In this document: positions 15,553 through 25,186 of the stretch, one piece after another
Position numbering within the stretch: position 1 is the first letter of the stretch
Layout: each line of letters opens with the position of its first letter
Assembly (NCBI GenBank): GCA_038245905.1
Contig: JBBRRY010000038.1
Span: 1 to 30,011 of the forward strand
Direction: 5' to 3'
Length of the DNA: 30,011 nt
Origin: Thermoanaerobaculia bacterium
Lineage (GTDB): Bacteria > Acidobacteriota > Thermoanaerobaculia > UBA5066
The notes under the pieces: generated by a model
Database searches by the model: none
What the model was told of the DNA's origin: nothing
What the model saw: only the letters and a program-made list of their open reading frames with translations
Translations under genes and position numbers: made by a program

Positions 15553-18468
15553 TTACGCCGCAGGATTCGGCGAACGCGGGGGGGACGGCCGCGAGGAATA
15601 CGGGGCCAGCGAGACGCGGGTCAGCCTCTGCACGACGTCGGGCGGAAGCGCCGCCAAAAGCCTCTCGTGCCTCCAGGCGTGACACGACACGACGAGCACT
15701 GGGCGCTCGCCGAGGACGTCCGTGGCGAGGAAGCGCATCACGGCCAGGAAACGCTCGTCGTCCGCGCCGACGAGAGGGTCGTCGAGGAGCAGCGGCACGC
15801 CCGCCACTCCCGTACCGAGGTACCTGAGGGCCGCGAGGCGCGCCGTCAGGTGCAGCTGCTCGCGCGCGCCGGTCGAAAGGCCCGACTGGATCTCGCCCTT
15901 CGTCGCGACGCGTCCCCCGCGCAGGAGCGCCGAAAGGGAGAGATCGTCGCCGAACTCGAGCGCCTCGTAGGGCGTCTGCCAGGACGCGAGAATCTCTTTC
16001 GAGGCCGTCTGCAGCCCGCGGCGGAAGTCGCCGTATACGGACGATGCGGCGGCCGCCAGCGTGGTGCGGGCAAGGTCGAGCGCGTCCCGAAACAGGACCG
16101 CGCGAACCCGGGACGCCTCGGCGGCCGCGAGATCCTCCTCGACGGCGCGGGCCACCTCGCCCCCTTCGCGCGCGGCGTCCGCCAGTTCACGCTCGGCTGC
16201 CACGCGCGCGTTCTCGGCGGCCGTCATCGCCGCGCGCGCGGCGTCGGCTGCCCGGCGCGCCGCCTCGGGCGTCTCGGGAAGCGCAAGCGCCTGCGGGTCG
16301 ACTGCGAGGAGCGAGGCGAGCCGCGCGCCTTCGTCGTCGAGACTGGCGAGTCGCGACGCGAGGTCCGTCTCCTCCCCTTCGCCGCCGCCCTCCCTCCACG
16401 CCGGGAGCTCGTGGTCGAGCAGCCTCCGGAAGCGCGCGGCCTTGCGCCGGCCGGCCTCCACCGCCAGCAAGCCTTCGGCCAGCGGGAGAGAACCGGGGAC
16501 CCCCATCCGGCCCAGCGCATCCCGAAGCCTTCCCTCGATTTCGCGAAGATCCGCCTCCTCGCGGTCGAGGCGCTCCGCCTCGCGGGCGAGGACTTCCCCA
16601 CGCATTCGGTCGTCCTGCCGGGTGCGCGCGAGCTCCGCGAGTAATCCCAACGCGCGCTCCGCCTCCTCGGGAGCCGGAAGTCCCTCCGGCAGCGCGAGCA
16701 GCGCTCGATGCGGCCGGAGAGCTTCGTCGAGCGCCCGCAGGCGCTCCCTCGCATCGTCGCGGCGCGCCGTCAGAGCCACAACGTAGCGCCGCGGTTCCTC
16801 CGCGCCACGGGCACGACGGTGGGCCTTGAGCATCGACGACGTGTCGCGGTACGCCGCCCCGCGGGCGAGCCTGTCCAGCCGGGAACGCAGATCGGAAAGC
16901 CGTTTCCGGATCTCGACGGCCTTGCGCCGGCTGGCCGCCTCGTCCTCGCGCGCGCGCGCCTCGTCGTTGAGCCGGTAGCCCAACGCGCGGGCCCACACGA
17001 TGCCTCCGAAGAGACCGAGCGACAGGACGAATACGGCGAGCGAGGCCGTCATGTAAACCGGCGTGCCGGCGGACCGGAAGGCGAGCCAAAAGGCGAATGG
17101 GACGAAGACCGCCGCGACGCCGACGAGGGAACGTGCGAGCCTCACCCGCTGCGTCCGTTCTCCGACGGCGATCGCCGCCGTCGCTCCCGCGTCGGCCACG
17201 CGCCGGTCCAGCTTGACGCCCTCGAGCTCGAGCGCCGCCCGTTCCTCCTCTGCACCCGCGAGGAACCGGCGGTCCTCGGGCTCAAGAGCCTCGAGTCTCA
17301 CGAAATCCTCGGCGAGACCGTCGCTGCGGAGGATGTTCCAGCGTTCCTCGAGGAGGCGCTCGGCTTCGACGAGATCCCGCGCCGTCGAGAGCTCGGCGCG
17401 GAGCATCTCCTCCAGCCCGTCGCATTCGGTTTCGCCGAGGCGAAACGCGGGCCCGAAGCGGCGCGCGTTCCCCTCGACCTCTCGCGTCGCGATCCGTGCG
17501 CTTTCGGCCGCTGCGGCCCGCGCCGTCTCGAGGGCCTGCGGCCGATTTCCGCGCTCCTCACGGAGGCGGTCGACGGCGGCGAGCGCGGCGTCCGAGAAGA
17601 TCTCGGCTTCCGGGGCCAGCTCCCGGGCTTCGTCTTCGACCGCGCGCCGTTTCCGAAGCGCGGACCCCAGCGTCTCCCGCCGCCGCGCGAGCGCCCGCCG
17701 GTGCGCGAGAATCTCAGCGAGGGCGGCGATCCCGGCGGCTCGCTGAGCGTCGTCGCGCGCACGCGCGCATCCCGACAAGCGCGCCGAAGCCTGCGCCGCC
17801 GCGCCGCGCCGCGCCGCAAGCTCCGATCGCCGCTGCCGAAGTGCTTCGACGCGCTTGCCGAGTCTCGCGATTTCCGTGTCCACGGAGATCTTGGAGCCCG
17901 CGGCGGGCTCCGGCATTTCGGCGCGGACCGCCTCGAGACCCTTCAGCGCGCGCACGACCGACGCCTCGCCTCCCCCCGAGTCCGCGATGCGCGCGAGCTC
18001 GACGGTCAGGCCGGCGTCGAGCGAGTCGCGGTCGAGGACGTTCTGAGAGACGTAGGCTGTCGCGCGGAAAAGGGCCTCGGTGAGGCCCCCTGTCACGGTT
18101 TCACCGAACACATCACGTCCCCCCGCACGCAGGAACCCCTGCGTGCAGTCGAGGCCGCGATCGCGATCCACCACGCGGACAGTTCCCGCCTCGAGGTCGC
18201 GGTCTACGGACCAGCGGGTCTCCCCTGCGGTGACGTCGAGGCCCACGCGCAGAGGGGCGCCGCTCCGGGGCCGACGGACTTCCCGGACGCGCCCGGCCAC
18301 CCCGCGCGTCTTCGGGAGACCATAGAGCGCGGCCACGATGGCCTCGCAGAGCGTCGTCTTGCCCGTCTCGTTCGGATCGACCGCGAGGAGGACGCGCCCT
18401 TCCGGCCAGGCGAGATCGAGATCGCGCAGGGCGCCGAATCCCTCGATCCGGATCCGCTCGATCTTCAT
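15553..18468 (-). CDS. Rad50/SbcC-like SMC ATPase of the YhaN/AAA_27 type with a central two-TM hairpin
   Basis: MKIERIRIEGFG, Walker A DPNETGKTT, Q-loop YVSQ, long coiled coils, signature LSTGAREQL, Walker B LLLDDP, terminal SCH. Hydrophobic segments at aa448-493. ATGA overlap with the upstream nuclease gene. Confidence 0.9.
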   Translation of the reverse strand: MKIERIRIEGFGALRDLDLAWPEGRVLLAVDPNETGKTTLCEAIVAALYGLPKTRGVAGRVREVRRPRSGAPLRVGLDVTAGETRWSVDRDLEAGTVRVVDRDRGLDCTQGFLRAGGRDVFGETVTGGLTEALFRATAYVSQNVLDRDSLDAGLTVELARIADSGGGEASVVRALKGLEAVRAEMPEPAAGSKISVDTEIARLGKRVEALRQRRSELAARRGAAAQASARLSGCARARDDAQRAAGIAALAEILAHRRALARRRETLGSALRKRRAVEDEARELAPEAEIFSDAALAAVDRLREERGNRPQALETARAAAAESARIATREVEGNARRFGPAFRLGETECDGLEEMLRAELSTARDLVEAERLLEERWNILRSDGLAEDFVRLEALEPEDRRFLAGAEEERAALELEGVKLDRRVADAGATAAIAVGERTQRVRLARSLVGVAAVFVPFAFWLAFRSAGTPVYMTASLAVFVLSLGLFGGIVWARALGYRLNDEARAREDEAASRRKAVEIRKRLSDLRSRLDRLARGAAYRDTSSMLKAHRRARGAEEPRRYVVALTARRDDARERLRALDEALRPHRALLALPEGLPAPEEAERALGLLAELARTRQDDRMRGEVLAREAERLDREEADLREIEGRLRDALGRMGVPGSLPLAEGLLAVEAGRRKAARFRRLLDHELPAWREGGGEGEETDLASRLASLDDEGARLASLLAVDPQALALPETPEAARRAADAARAAMTAAENARVAAERELADAAREGGEVARAVEEDLAAAEASRVRAVLFRDALDLARTTLAAAASSVYGDFRRGLQTASKEILASWQTPYEALEFGDDLSLSALLRGGRVATKGEIQSGLSTGAREQLHLTARLAALRYLGTGVAGVPLLLDDPLVGADDERFLAVMRFLATDVLGERPVLVVSCHAWRHERLLAALPPDVVQRLTRVSLAPYSSRPSPPRSPNPAA

Positions 18469-19676
18469 CGGTCCTCGGCTTCCGGCGGCCGGATCGGTCT
18501 CCCGAGGAGCGCGTCACGTCCGAGCCGGAGCGCGAGATCAGCGATGCGGCGCTGCGAATCGTCCGCCGCCGCTCCGCGAATGACCAGGAGGTCGGACGCG
18601 AAACGGCCCTCCGCCGAGCGCGGCCCGGGCTCGGGCGCGGGCGGCTCGGTCTGGTCGCGCACGGCGAGGTGCTTCACAGAGACGGCCAGGGGCCGCAGGA
18701 GGTCCGCCGCCCGCGCGCCGAACGACTGCGTCCCGGTCAGGGTCACGCGCACGAGGTCCGGCGCCGCTGCACCGGCGTCCCTGAGCGCGGCTTCGACCTT
18801 TTCGGCAAGCGGGCCCGCTTCGAGATCGCTCACGTCCACGGACAGGTCCCGGACGACGCGCGTGTCGGCCGGAATCCGCTCGACCACGATCGGCGATCCG
18901 TCTCCAGGCAGCGTCACCCGGAGAAAGAACCGCGGGCCTGCCTCGTCGAGCCCGCGGCCCGTCGGACATCCGGCATAGGCCCCACGCGGGCGCCCCTCGT
19001 CGTCGGACACGACGTGAACGTGATGATGGTGCCCGAGCGCCGCCCACGAGAAGCCCGCTCCGGTGAGCTCGTCCGCCGAGAACGGCGCGGTGCGCTTCGT
19101 GCTTCTCGGAGAATCGGCCCCCGCGTAGGACTCGAGGGAGCCATGCAGGAGAAGAAGCGCGTGCAGAGTCGACGGACGAGGCGGTGGGGGCGCAAGCGGG
19201 CGTTCGACGACCACGGCGGAAGAGAGGAACGCACGTCCGACCACGGTGACGTCGTCGCGCCCCGGAAACGGGACGGCCGCCCACTCCGGGCCGCGAAAGA
19301 CGAAGACGTTTCCGGGCCAGGGCCTCATCCCGAGCGCAGACAAGAGCGCCGGGTCGTAGTAGCCGCCGAGCCCCGCGAAGTCGTGGTTCCCGGGCGCCAC
19401 GAAGACGGGTCGCGGCGCGAACGATGCGAAGGCTTCGAGGAGGCGGTGAATCGTCGCGGGAGGAACGCTCTCGGCGTCCCACAGATCCCCGGGGACGAGC
19501 AGCGCCTCGGCGCCGCAGGACGCCGCGGCCGCGACCGCACGCTCCGCGGCACCGTCCACTTCGTCGCGGCGGACGGCGCGCGCCTCAGGTGTGTAGGAGA
19601 GGCCGCCGCCGGTCAGGGCGGAGCCAAGATGCCAGTCCGACGACTGCAGAAACGTCAGGGGGCGCCCGGAGATCAC
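18465..19676 (-). CDS. Mre11/SbcD-like (YhaO-type) metallophosphoesterase nuclease
   Basis: All five phosphoesterase motifs present: SDWHLG, GDLWD, PGNHD, LLHG, LGHHH; also YAGCPTGRGLDE. GTG start 14 nt after the yajC stop. Confidence 0.92.
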   Translation of the reverse strand: MISGRPLTFLQSSDWHLGSALTGGGLSYTPEARAVRRDEVDGAAERAVAAAASCGAEALLVPGDLWDAESVPPATIHRLLEAFASFAPRPVFVAPGNHDFAGLGGYYDPALLSALGMRPWPGNVFVFRGPEWAAVPFPGRDDVTVVGRAFLSSAVVVERPLAPPPPRPSTLHALLLLHGSLESYAGADSPRSTKRTAPFSADELTGAGFSWAALGHHHHVHVVSDDEGRPRGAYAGCPTGRGLDEAGPRFFLRVTLPGDGSPIVVERIPADTRVVRDLSVDVSDLEAGPLAEKVEAALRDAGAAAPDLVRVTLTGTQSFGARAADLLRPLAVSVKHLAVRDQTEPPAPEPGPRSAEGRFASDLLVIRGAAADDSQRRIADLALRLGRDALLGRPIRPPEAEDR

Positions 19677-19690
19677 CCCCTAGTTTCGCA

Positions 19691-20013
19691 CTACGCGGCC
19701 GATTCCTTCGAGTCGGCCTCGCCCGTCGCCCCGGAGATGGCGCTGCGGTTCACCTTGATCTTGACGGTATCGGCGATCTTGAGCCAGACGATCTGGTCCT
19801 CGACCTGCGCGATGGTGCCGTGAATGCCGCCCGACGTGACGACCCGGTCGCCCTTCTTCAGGGCGGCGAGGAGCTCCTTCTGCTTCTTCTGCTGCTTGCG
19901 CATCGGAGCCAGAAGCACGAAGTAGAAGATCACGAACATGAGGATGTACGGAACCATCTGCACGAGCGGCGAGGCGGCGATCGAGGGCGCCGCCTGCAGG
20001 AGGTGGAACGGGT

Positions 20014-20017
<4 letters not shown>
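19691..20017 (-). CDS. yajC: Preprotein translocase subunit YajC
   Basis: IFYFVLLAPMRKQQK, LKKGDRVVTSGGIHG. ATG 20017 overlaps the tgt stop (ATGA). Confidence 0.96.
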
Positions 20018-21165
<1,148 letters not shown>

Positions 21166-21170
21166 CGAGG

Positions 21171-22364
21171 CTACAGGCCGACGCGGGCCGTGAGGGTGAG
21201 GCCGAGCGCGCTCTTGTCGGTCCGGTACCAGCCTCCGAGATCCACCCTCGCGGGACCGATGACCACCCCCGCGCCCCCCGTGAAAACCGGCGTCTTGTCC
21301 TGCGACTCGAGGTTCACCGACGCGCCGCCCCGCACGACGACGAGAAGAAACGTCCACTCGAGGCCGCCTCCCAATTGCCGTACGTGGAGATTGTCGACGA
21401 GCGTCTCGTTCGCCGTCAGGTCGTAGTCCGCGGCTACGAGGAGGCCGACCACTGGAATTTTCACGGACGCGCCGATGCGGGCCTGCTGACCGTAGGTCAC
21501 GGAGCGACCGCGATCCGCCGCCGGGCCGTCGTCCGCGAAAGGGAACGTGGGCTTGTTGATCCCCCGAACGACCCCGCCGACGTGGACCGGGCCGAGCGAC
21601 ACGAGGCCGCCAACGTCGAAGGAAAAGTCCGTGTGGGATCGCTGCCGGCCCGTGAGCGCGCGCTGCGCGAGGTTCCACGGTTCGCCCACCTCCGTCGTGA
21701 AGGCGGTTTCTTCCTTCGTATACGTCGAGCCGAAGAGCGCGTGGACCGAAGCGCCCACGGTGACCCGGCCCAGGAAGAACGACATCGACTTCGAGAGCGC
21801 GAGGTCCTGAAGCTCGAGACCTCGAAAAGCGGCCGCGGAGTTGTTGAAGGCGATCGAGGTGGCGGGGTTCGCGCCGAGCGCGGTATGGACGAGGTCGGTG
21901 CGCGCCGTGAGGCCGCTGAAACCCCAGTCCGTGAACGAGAGCTCCCAGCCACCGTGCGCGATCGCGAGACCGGCTAGGCCGTTTCCGGCAAACCCGTTTC
22001 CCGGATCGGCAAGCGTATGGAGCGCCTGGACGACGTCCGCGAAACTCTGAGGCTGGGAACCGGACGCGAGCGCGACGGGGTTGTTCCCCGAGAGGACGCG
22101 AAGCGGAGTCAAAAAATCCCCGCTCTCTCGCGTGAGAAGCCCTGCGGAGACCGTGAACGCGAAGTTTCGATCCGGAACGGCCGCGGGGTTGTCGATCCCG
22201 GCGGCGACGTCCGGACCGAGCCCGACAGACGCGCCCCCAAGCGCGATGGAGCGCGCGCCGAAAGGAGAAAACGGCATCTGAGCGCGGGCGGCGCCCGCCC
22301 ACAGGAGAGTGGCAGCAAACGCCGCGAAGACCCGTAATTGGTGCGGAGCGGACCGCGTCGGCAT
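21171..22364 (-). CDS. Exported outer-membrane beta-barrel of the TraF_2/FadL/PorV-like superfamily
   Basis: Signal peptide ending ARA-Q; N-terminal plug motif GARSIALGGA...NPAA; alternating amphipathic strands (FSFDVGGLVSL, LLVAADYDL, LGGGLEWTF, RVDLGGWY). Confidence 0.75.
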   Translation of the reverse strand: MPTRSAPHQLRVFAAFAATLLWAGAARAQMPFSPFGARSIALGGASVGLGPDVAAGIDNPAAVPDRNFAFTVSAGLLTRESGDFLTPLRVLSGNNPVALASGSQPQSFADVVQALHTLADPGNGFAGNGLAGLAIAHGGWELSFTDWGFSGLTARTDLVHTALGANPATSIAFNNSAAAFRGLELQDLALSKSMSFFLGRVTVGASVHALFGSTYTKEETAFTTEVGEPWNLAQRALTGRQRSHTDFSFDVGGLVSLGPVHVGGVVRGINKPTFPFADDGPAADRGRSVTYGQQARIGASVKIPVVGLLVAADYDLTANETLVDNLHVRQLGGGLEWTFLLVVVRGGASVNLESQDKTPVFTGGAGVVIGPARVDLGGWYRTDKSALGLTLTARVGL

Positions 22365-22395
22365 AGGGGCCCCCAGTGTACGGTCAGAGGGCGCG

Positions 22396-22425
22396 TTGAC
22401 CCTGAAAAACTAAGGATGCTATGTT
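22396..22425 (+). promoter_or_regulatory. Putative sigma70 promoter TTGACC-N18-TATGTT with TGn extension
   Basis: -35 at 22396-22401, -10 at 22420-22425, SD GGAGG at 22441-22445 before TTG 22450. Confidence 0.6.
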
Positions 22426-22449
22426 CCGGCCCGTTTTGCAGGAGGCGAA

Positions 22450-22782
22450 TTGCCGGATCTCGGAAACAAACACAACTGCTTCAAATGCGGGACGAAGTTC
22501 TACGATCTGAGGAAAACGCCCGTCCACTGCCCGAAGTGCGGCGCCGACCAGAAGGACGCTCCCCCACAAGCGACGTCTCCCGTCGTGCTCCACGCCGCGC
22601 GCCGGGCGAAGCGCGATGAGTTCGCCGATCCCGATGTCTTCGACCGCAATCGCGAGGACGAAGACGTCGCCACCGGCGAGCCGGAGGACCCGGCGGCCAA
22701 ACGCGTGGATGACGACGAAGAGCTGCCCCTCGGCGAGGCCAAGACGCTCGAAGGCACGGAAGACTCCGAAGACGACTACTGA
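22450..22782 (+). CDS. FYDLN-acid (TIGR02300-like) Zn-ribbon protein with acidic tail
   Basis: LGNKHNCFKCGTKFYDL...CPKCG followed by a D/E-rich tail; TTG start with a strong SD. Confidence 0.92.
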   Translation: MPDLGNKHNCFKCGTKFYDLRKTPVHCPKCGADQKDAPPQATSPVVLHAARRAKRDEFADPDVFDRNREDEDVATGEPEDPAAKRVDDDEELPLGEAKTLEGTEDSEDDY

Positions 22783-23305
22783 GACTACGGCGCGCCGGCC
22801 CGTATTCGTCGCGATCGGACTCGGCTCGAATCTCGGGGATCGGAAGAAGATTCTTAGAAAGGCAAGGAAGGCCCTGTCCGCGCTCCTCGGAAGCGTCCGA
22901 TCGTCGGGCCTCTATGAGACCTCGGCGGTCGGTGGCCCCCCGGGCCAGCCCGACTACCTCAACGCCGTCATTACGGGACGAACGAAACTGCCGGCCGCGG
23001 CCTTTCTCACCCTCCTAAGAAAATCCGAAATCTCCGCTGGCAGAACGAGAACGCGTGGCGCGCGGAACGCCGCCCGCACGCTGGACCTCGATCTCCTCCT
23101 TTACGGAACCGGGCAGATCCGGTCTCGCGCGCTCACCGTGCCGCACCCGCGGATTGCGTCGCGCCTCTTCGTGCTCGTTCCCCTGGCGGATGTGGCCGCG
23201 AGGCGAGTGGTGCCGGGAACCGGAAAAACGGTCGCTCGGCTCCTGGCCGAAGCCCGGCGCGACTCGATGGAGTGCGTCAGGCGAACGGAGAGGGCGGGCT
23301 GGTAG
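22781..23305 (+). CDS. folK: 2-amino-4-hydroxy-6-hydroxymethyldihydropteridine diphosphokinase (HPPK); start codon uncertain
   Basis: IGLGSNLGDR, SGLYET, QPDYLNAV, RTLDLDLLLY, LTVPHPRI, RLFVLVPL. No in-frame ATG/GTG/TTG between 22712 and the first conserved motif. The 5' coordinate is a placeholder. Confidence 0.85.
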   Translation, partial: ETTARRPVFVAIGLGSNLGDRKKILRKARKALSALLGSVRSSGLYETSAVGGPPGQPDYLNAVITGRTKLPAAAFLTLLRKSEISAGRTRTRGARNAARTLDLDLLLYGTGQIRSRALTVPHPRIASRLFVLVPLADVAARRVVPGTGKTVARLLAEARRDSMECVRRTERAGW

Positions 23306-24223
23306 TCATTTCGCGGGGAGTGCGGTCGCCAGAGGAAGTGCCCGCGATTCCACCCGGAGCTGGTCGTTCGGAAGCGTGATGCGCATCCCCGGCGGCACGG
23401 ACGCCGTCAGCCAGACGCTGCCGCCGATGACGCAGCCCTTCCCGATGACCGTCTCACCCCCGAGGATCGTCGCGCCCGCGTAGATCACGACGTCGTCCAT
23501 GACCGTCGGATGACGCTTCTTACCCCGAATCAGCTCGCCGTGCTCGTTCTTCGGGAACGAGACGGCGCCAAGGGTGACTCCTTGATACAGCTTGACGCGG
23601 TCGCCGATGTCCGTGGTCTCGCCGATGACCGTCCCGGAGCCGTGATCGATGAAAAATGACCGGCCGATGCGCGCGCCGGGGTGGATGTCCACGCCGGTCT
23701 CGAGGTGCGCGAACTCGGTCATGATGCGCGGAATCAGCGGCACGCCGAGCTCGTAGAGCGCGTGCGCGAGGCGGTACGTGAACACGGCCTTCAACCCCGG
23801 ATAGGCGAGGATGATCTCGTCGAAGCCGGTCGCGGCGGGATCGCCGTCGAACGCCGCCTGCACGTCCGCGGCAAGGAGGTCGGCGATCTTGGGCAGCGTC
23901 TCGAAGAAGCGCGTCGCGATGTCCTCGGCGTTGGCGCTGGAGCGCGCTCCCTCGGGCAGCGCCTTCTCGATCTCGCATGCGAGCCTCAGATGGATGCGAA
24001 AGAGGACGTCTCCGATATGGTCGCGAAGGTTTGCGCGATAGAGCACGGTATGGCCGTAGAACCCCGGATATACGACCTCCTGGAGCATCCGCAGGATCTC
24101 GATGATCTCCTTCTTCTGCGGTTTCGGCGGGGCGTCGACCGCCGAGAGAAGAGGCCGGCTCTCCGCACCGGTGACGATCCGGTCGATGGCAGCGCGCAAC
24201 CGGGTGTCTCCCATGCGACTCAT
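23306..24223 (-). CDS. cysE: Serine O-acetyltransferase (CysE/EpsC long type)
   Basis: DVQAAFDGDPAA, YRLAHALY, GVDIHPGARIG, FIDHGSGTVIGET, YQGVTLGA, KRHPT. Start at 24223 or 24214. Confidence 0.93.
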   Translation of the reverse strand: MSRMGDTRLRAAIDRIVTGAESRPLLSAVDAPPKPQKKEIIEILRMLQEVVYPGFYGHTVLYRANLRDHIGDVLFRIHLRLACEIEKALPEGARSSANAEDIATRFFETLPKIADLLAADVQAAFDGDPAATGFDEIILAYPGLKAVFTYRLAHALYELGVPLIPRIMTEFAHLETGVDIHPGARIGRSFFIDHGSGTVIGETTDIGDRVKLYQGVTLGAVSFPKNEHGELIRGKKRHPTVMDDVVIYAGATILGGETVIGKGCVIGGSVWLTASVPPGMRITLPNDQLRVESRALPLATALPAK

Positions 24224-24227
24224 TCTC

Positions 24228-25124
24228 TCACCGCCCGGCCCACTCCTTCAGGAGCTGCCCGGCCTCTTCCTGAGTCTTGCGATTCTCCACGAGATAGTCG
24301 GGGTCCGGCGTCTCCTCGATGATCCGCTCCAGCAGCGCGCGCGCCTCCGCGCGGCGGGAGGACTCGTAGTCCCAGATGGCCTCCGCGAGAAACTGGCGCC
24401 CGACGAGATTCCGCGGACCGGCTTCGACAGCGAGACGGAGGTTCTTCAGCGCCTCGCCGCGCGATGCCCATCCCGTCAGGAACGGAACGGCAGGGGTCTG
24501 ATGGTGAAGGCGGCCGAGCACGCGGTACCCGCCTCCGCCGTCGTACGCGGGATCGAGAAGGATGACCGCCTGCGCGTAATCGCGTATTTTCGCGGCGGCC
24601 CCCTGCTTCACGGCGGCGCTCTTCCCGAAGAGGAGCGCCCACTTGCCCCAGTCCACGGAGGCCCACAGGAAGGACGGCACGGCGACCGGAGTCCCCTTGA
24701 GGTAGGGCACGAGCTCCACGGGCGTCGCTTTCGCAAGATCCCGACTCGAGTGGCGCGCGGCCTCGCGACGCAGGATCGCCAGGGCCTGCTCGGCCACCGT
24801 GCGCCCTTCGTCGAAGAGCGTCCGCTTCGCGGCGGAATCGTCCGTCGTGTGCTCGCCCTTGAAGTAGAGCGCGCGCATGAGCCGCCAGCGCGCCTCGAGC
24901 GAATCCGGTTCCGCGGCGAGGGCCGCGCGACAGGCACCGATCGTGAGGTCGATCGGGGCGGAAAGAGCGTGCCCCCCGGTCGATCCCTCCGCGCGAAACG
25001 CCCAAAGCCGGTCGATGTCGGCCGGCTTCGGCACGGGCCCGTCCGCCGAGAGGAGGGTAGGAAGGAGGGAGAGAAGGCCGGTCAGGAGGGAGAGAAGGCC
25101 GGTCAGGACGGAGAGTCGCCGCAT
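24228..25124 (-). CDS. Exported TPR-like helical protein (TatT/RMDN-like)
   Basis: Signal peptide MRRLSVL...; helical repeats WRLMRALYFKG, WASVDWGKWA, LDPAYDGGGGYRVLGRLHHQTP, ALKNLRLAV...P.N. Start ATG 25124. Confidence 0.75.
   Translation of the reverse strand: MRRLSVLTGLLSLLTGLLSLLPTLLSADGPVPKPADIDRLWAFRAEGSTGGHALSAPIDLTIGACRAALAAEPDSLEARWRLMRALYFKGEHTTDDSAAKRTLFDEGRTVAEQALAILRREAARHSSRDLAKATPVELVPYLKGTPVAVPSFLWASVDWGKWALLFGKSAAVKQGAAAKIRDYAQAVILLDPAYDGGGGYRVLGRLHHQTPAVPFLTGWASRGEALKNLRLAVEAGPRNLVGRQFLAEAIWDYESSRRAEARALLERIIEETPDPDYLVENRKTQEEAGQLLKEWAGR
25063..25108. repeat. 21-bp tandem duplication (AGGAGGGAGAGAAGGCCGGTC)x2.2 in a signal-peptide coding region
   Basis: Copies at 25063-25083 and 25084-25104; encodes LTGLLSL twice on the minus strand. 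Confidence 0.95.
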
Positions 25125-25186
25125 GGCGTCCACTATACTGGCGCGCCTCTTGCGAAGAGGCTCACGCAGGAACACGAGGTGCCGCC

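Noticed and set aside
15553-15610. Pro-rich C-terminus of the Rad50-like protein (SRPSPPRSPNPAA) as an arrest peptide controlling secDF
   Set aside because: No RAPP/RAGP-like motif, and it lies more than 80 nt from the SD hairpin, too far for a stalled ribosome to unfold it.
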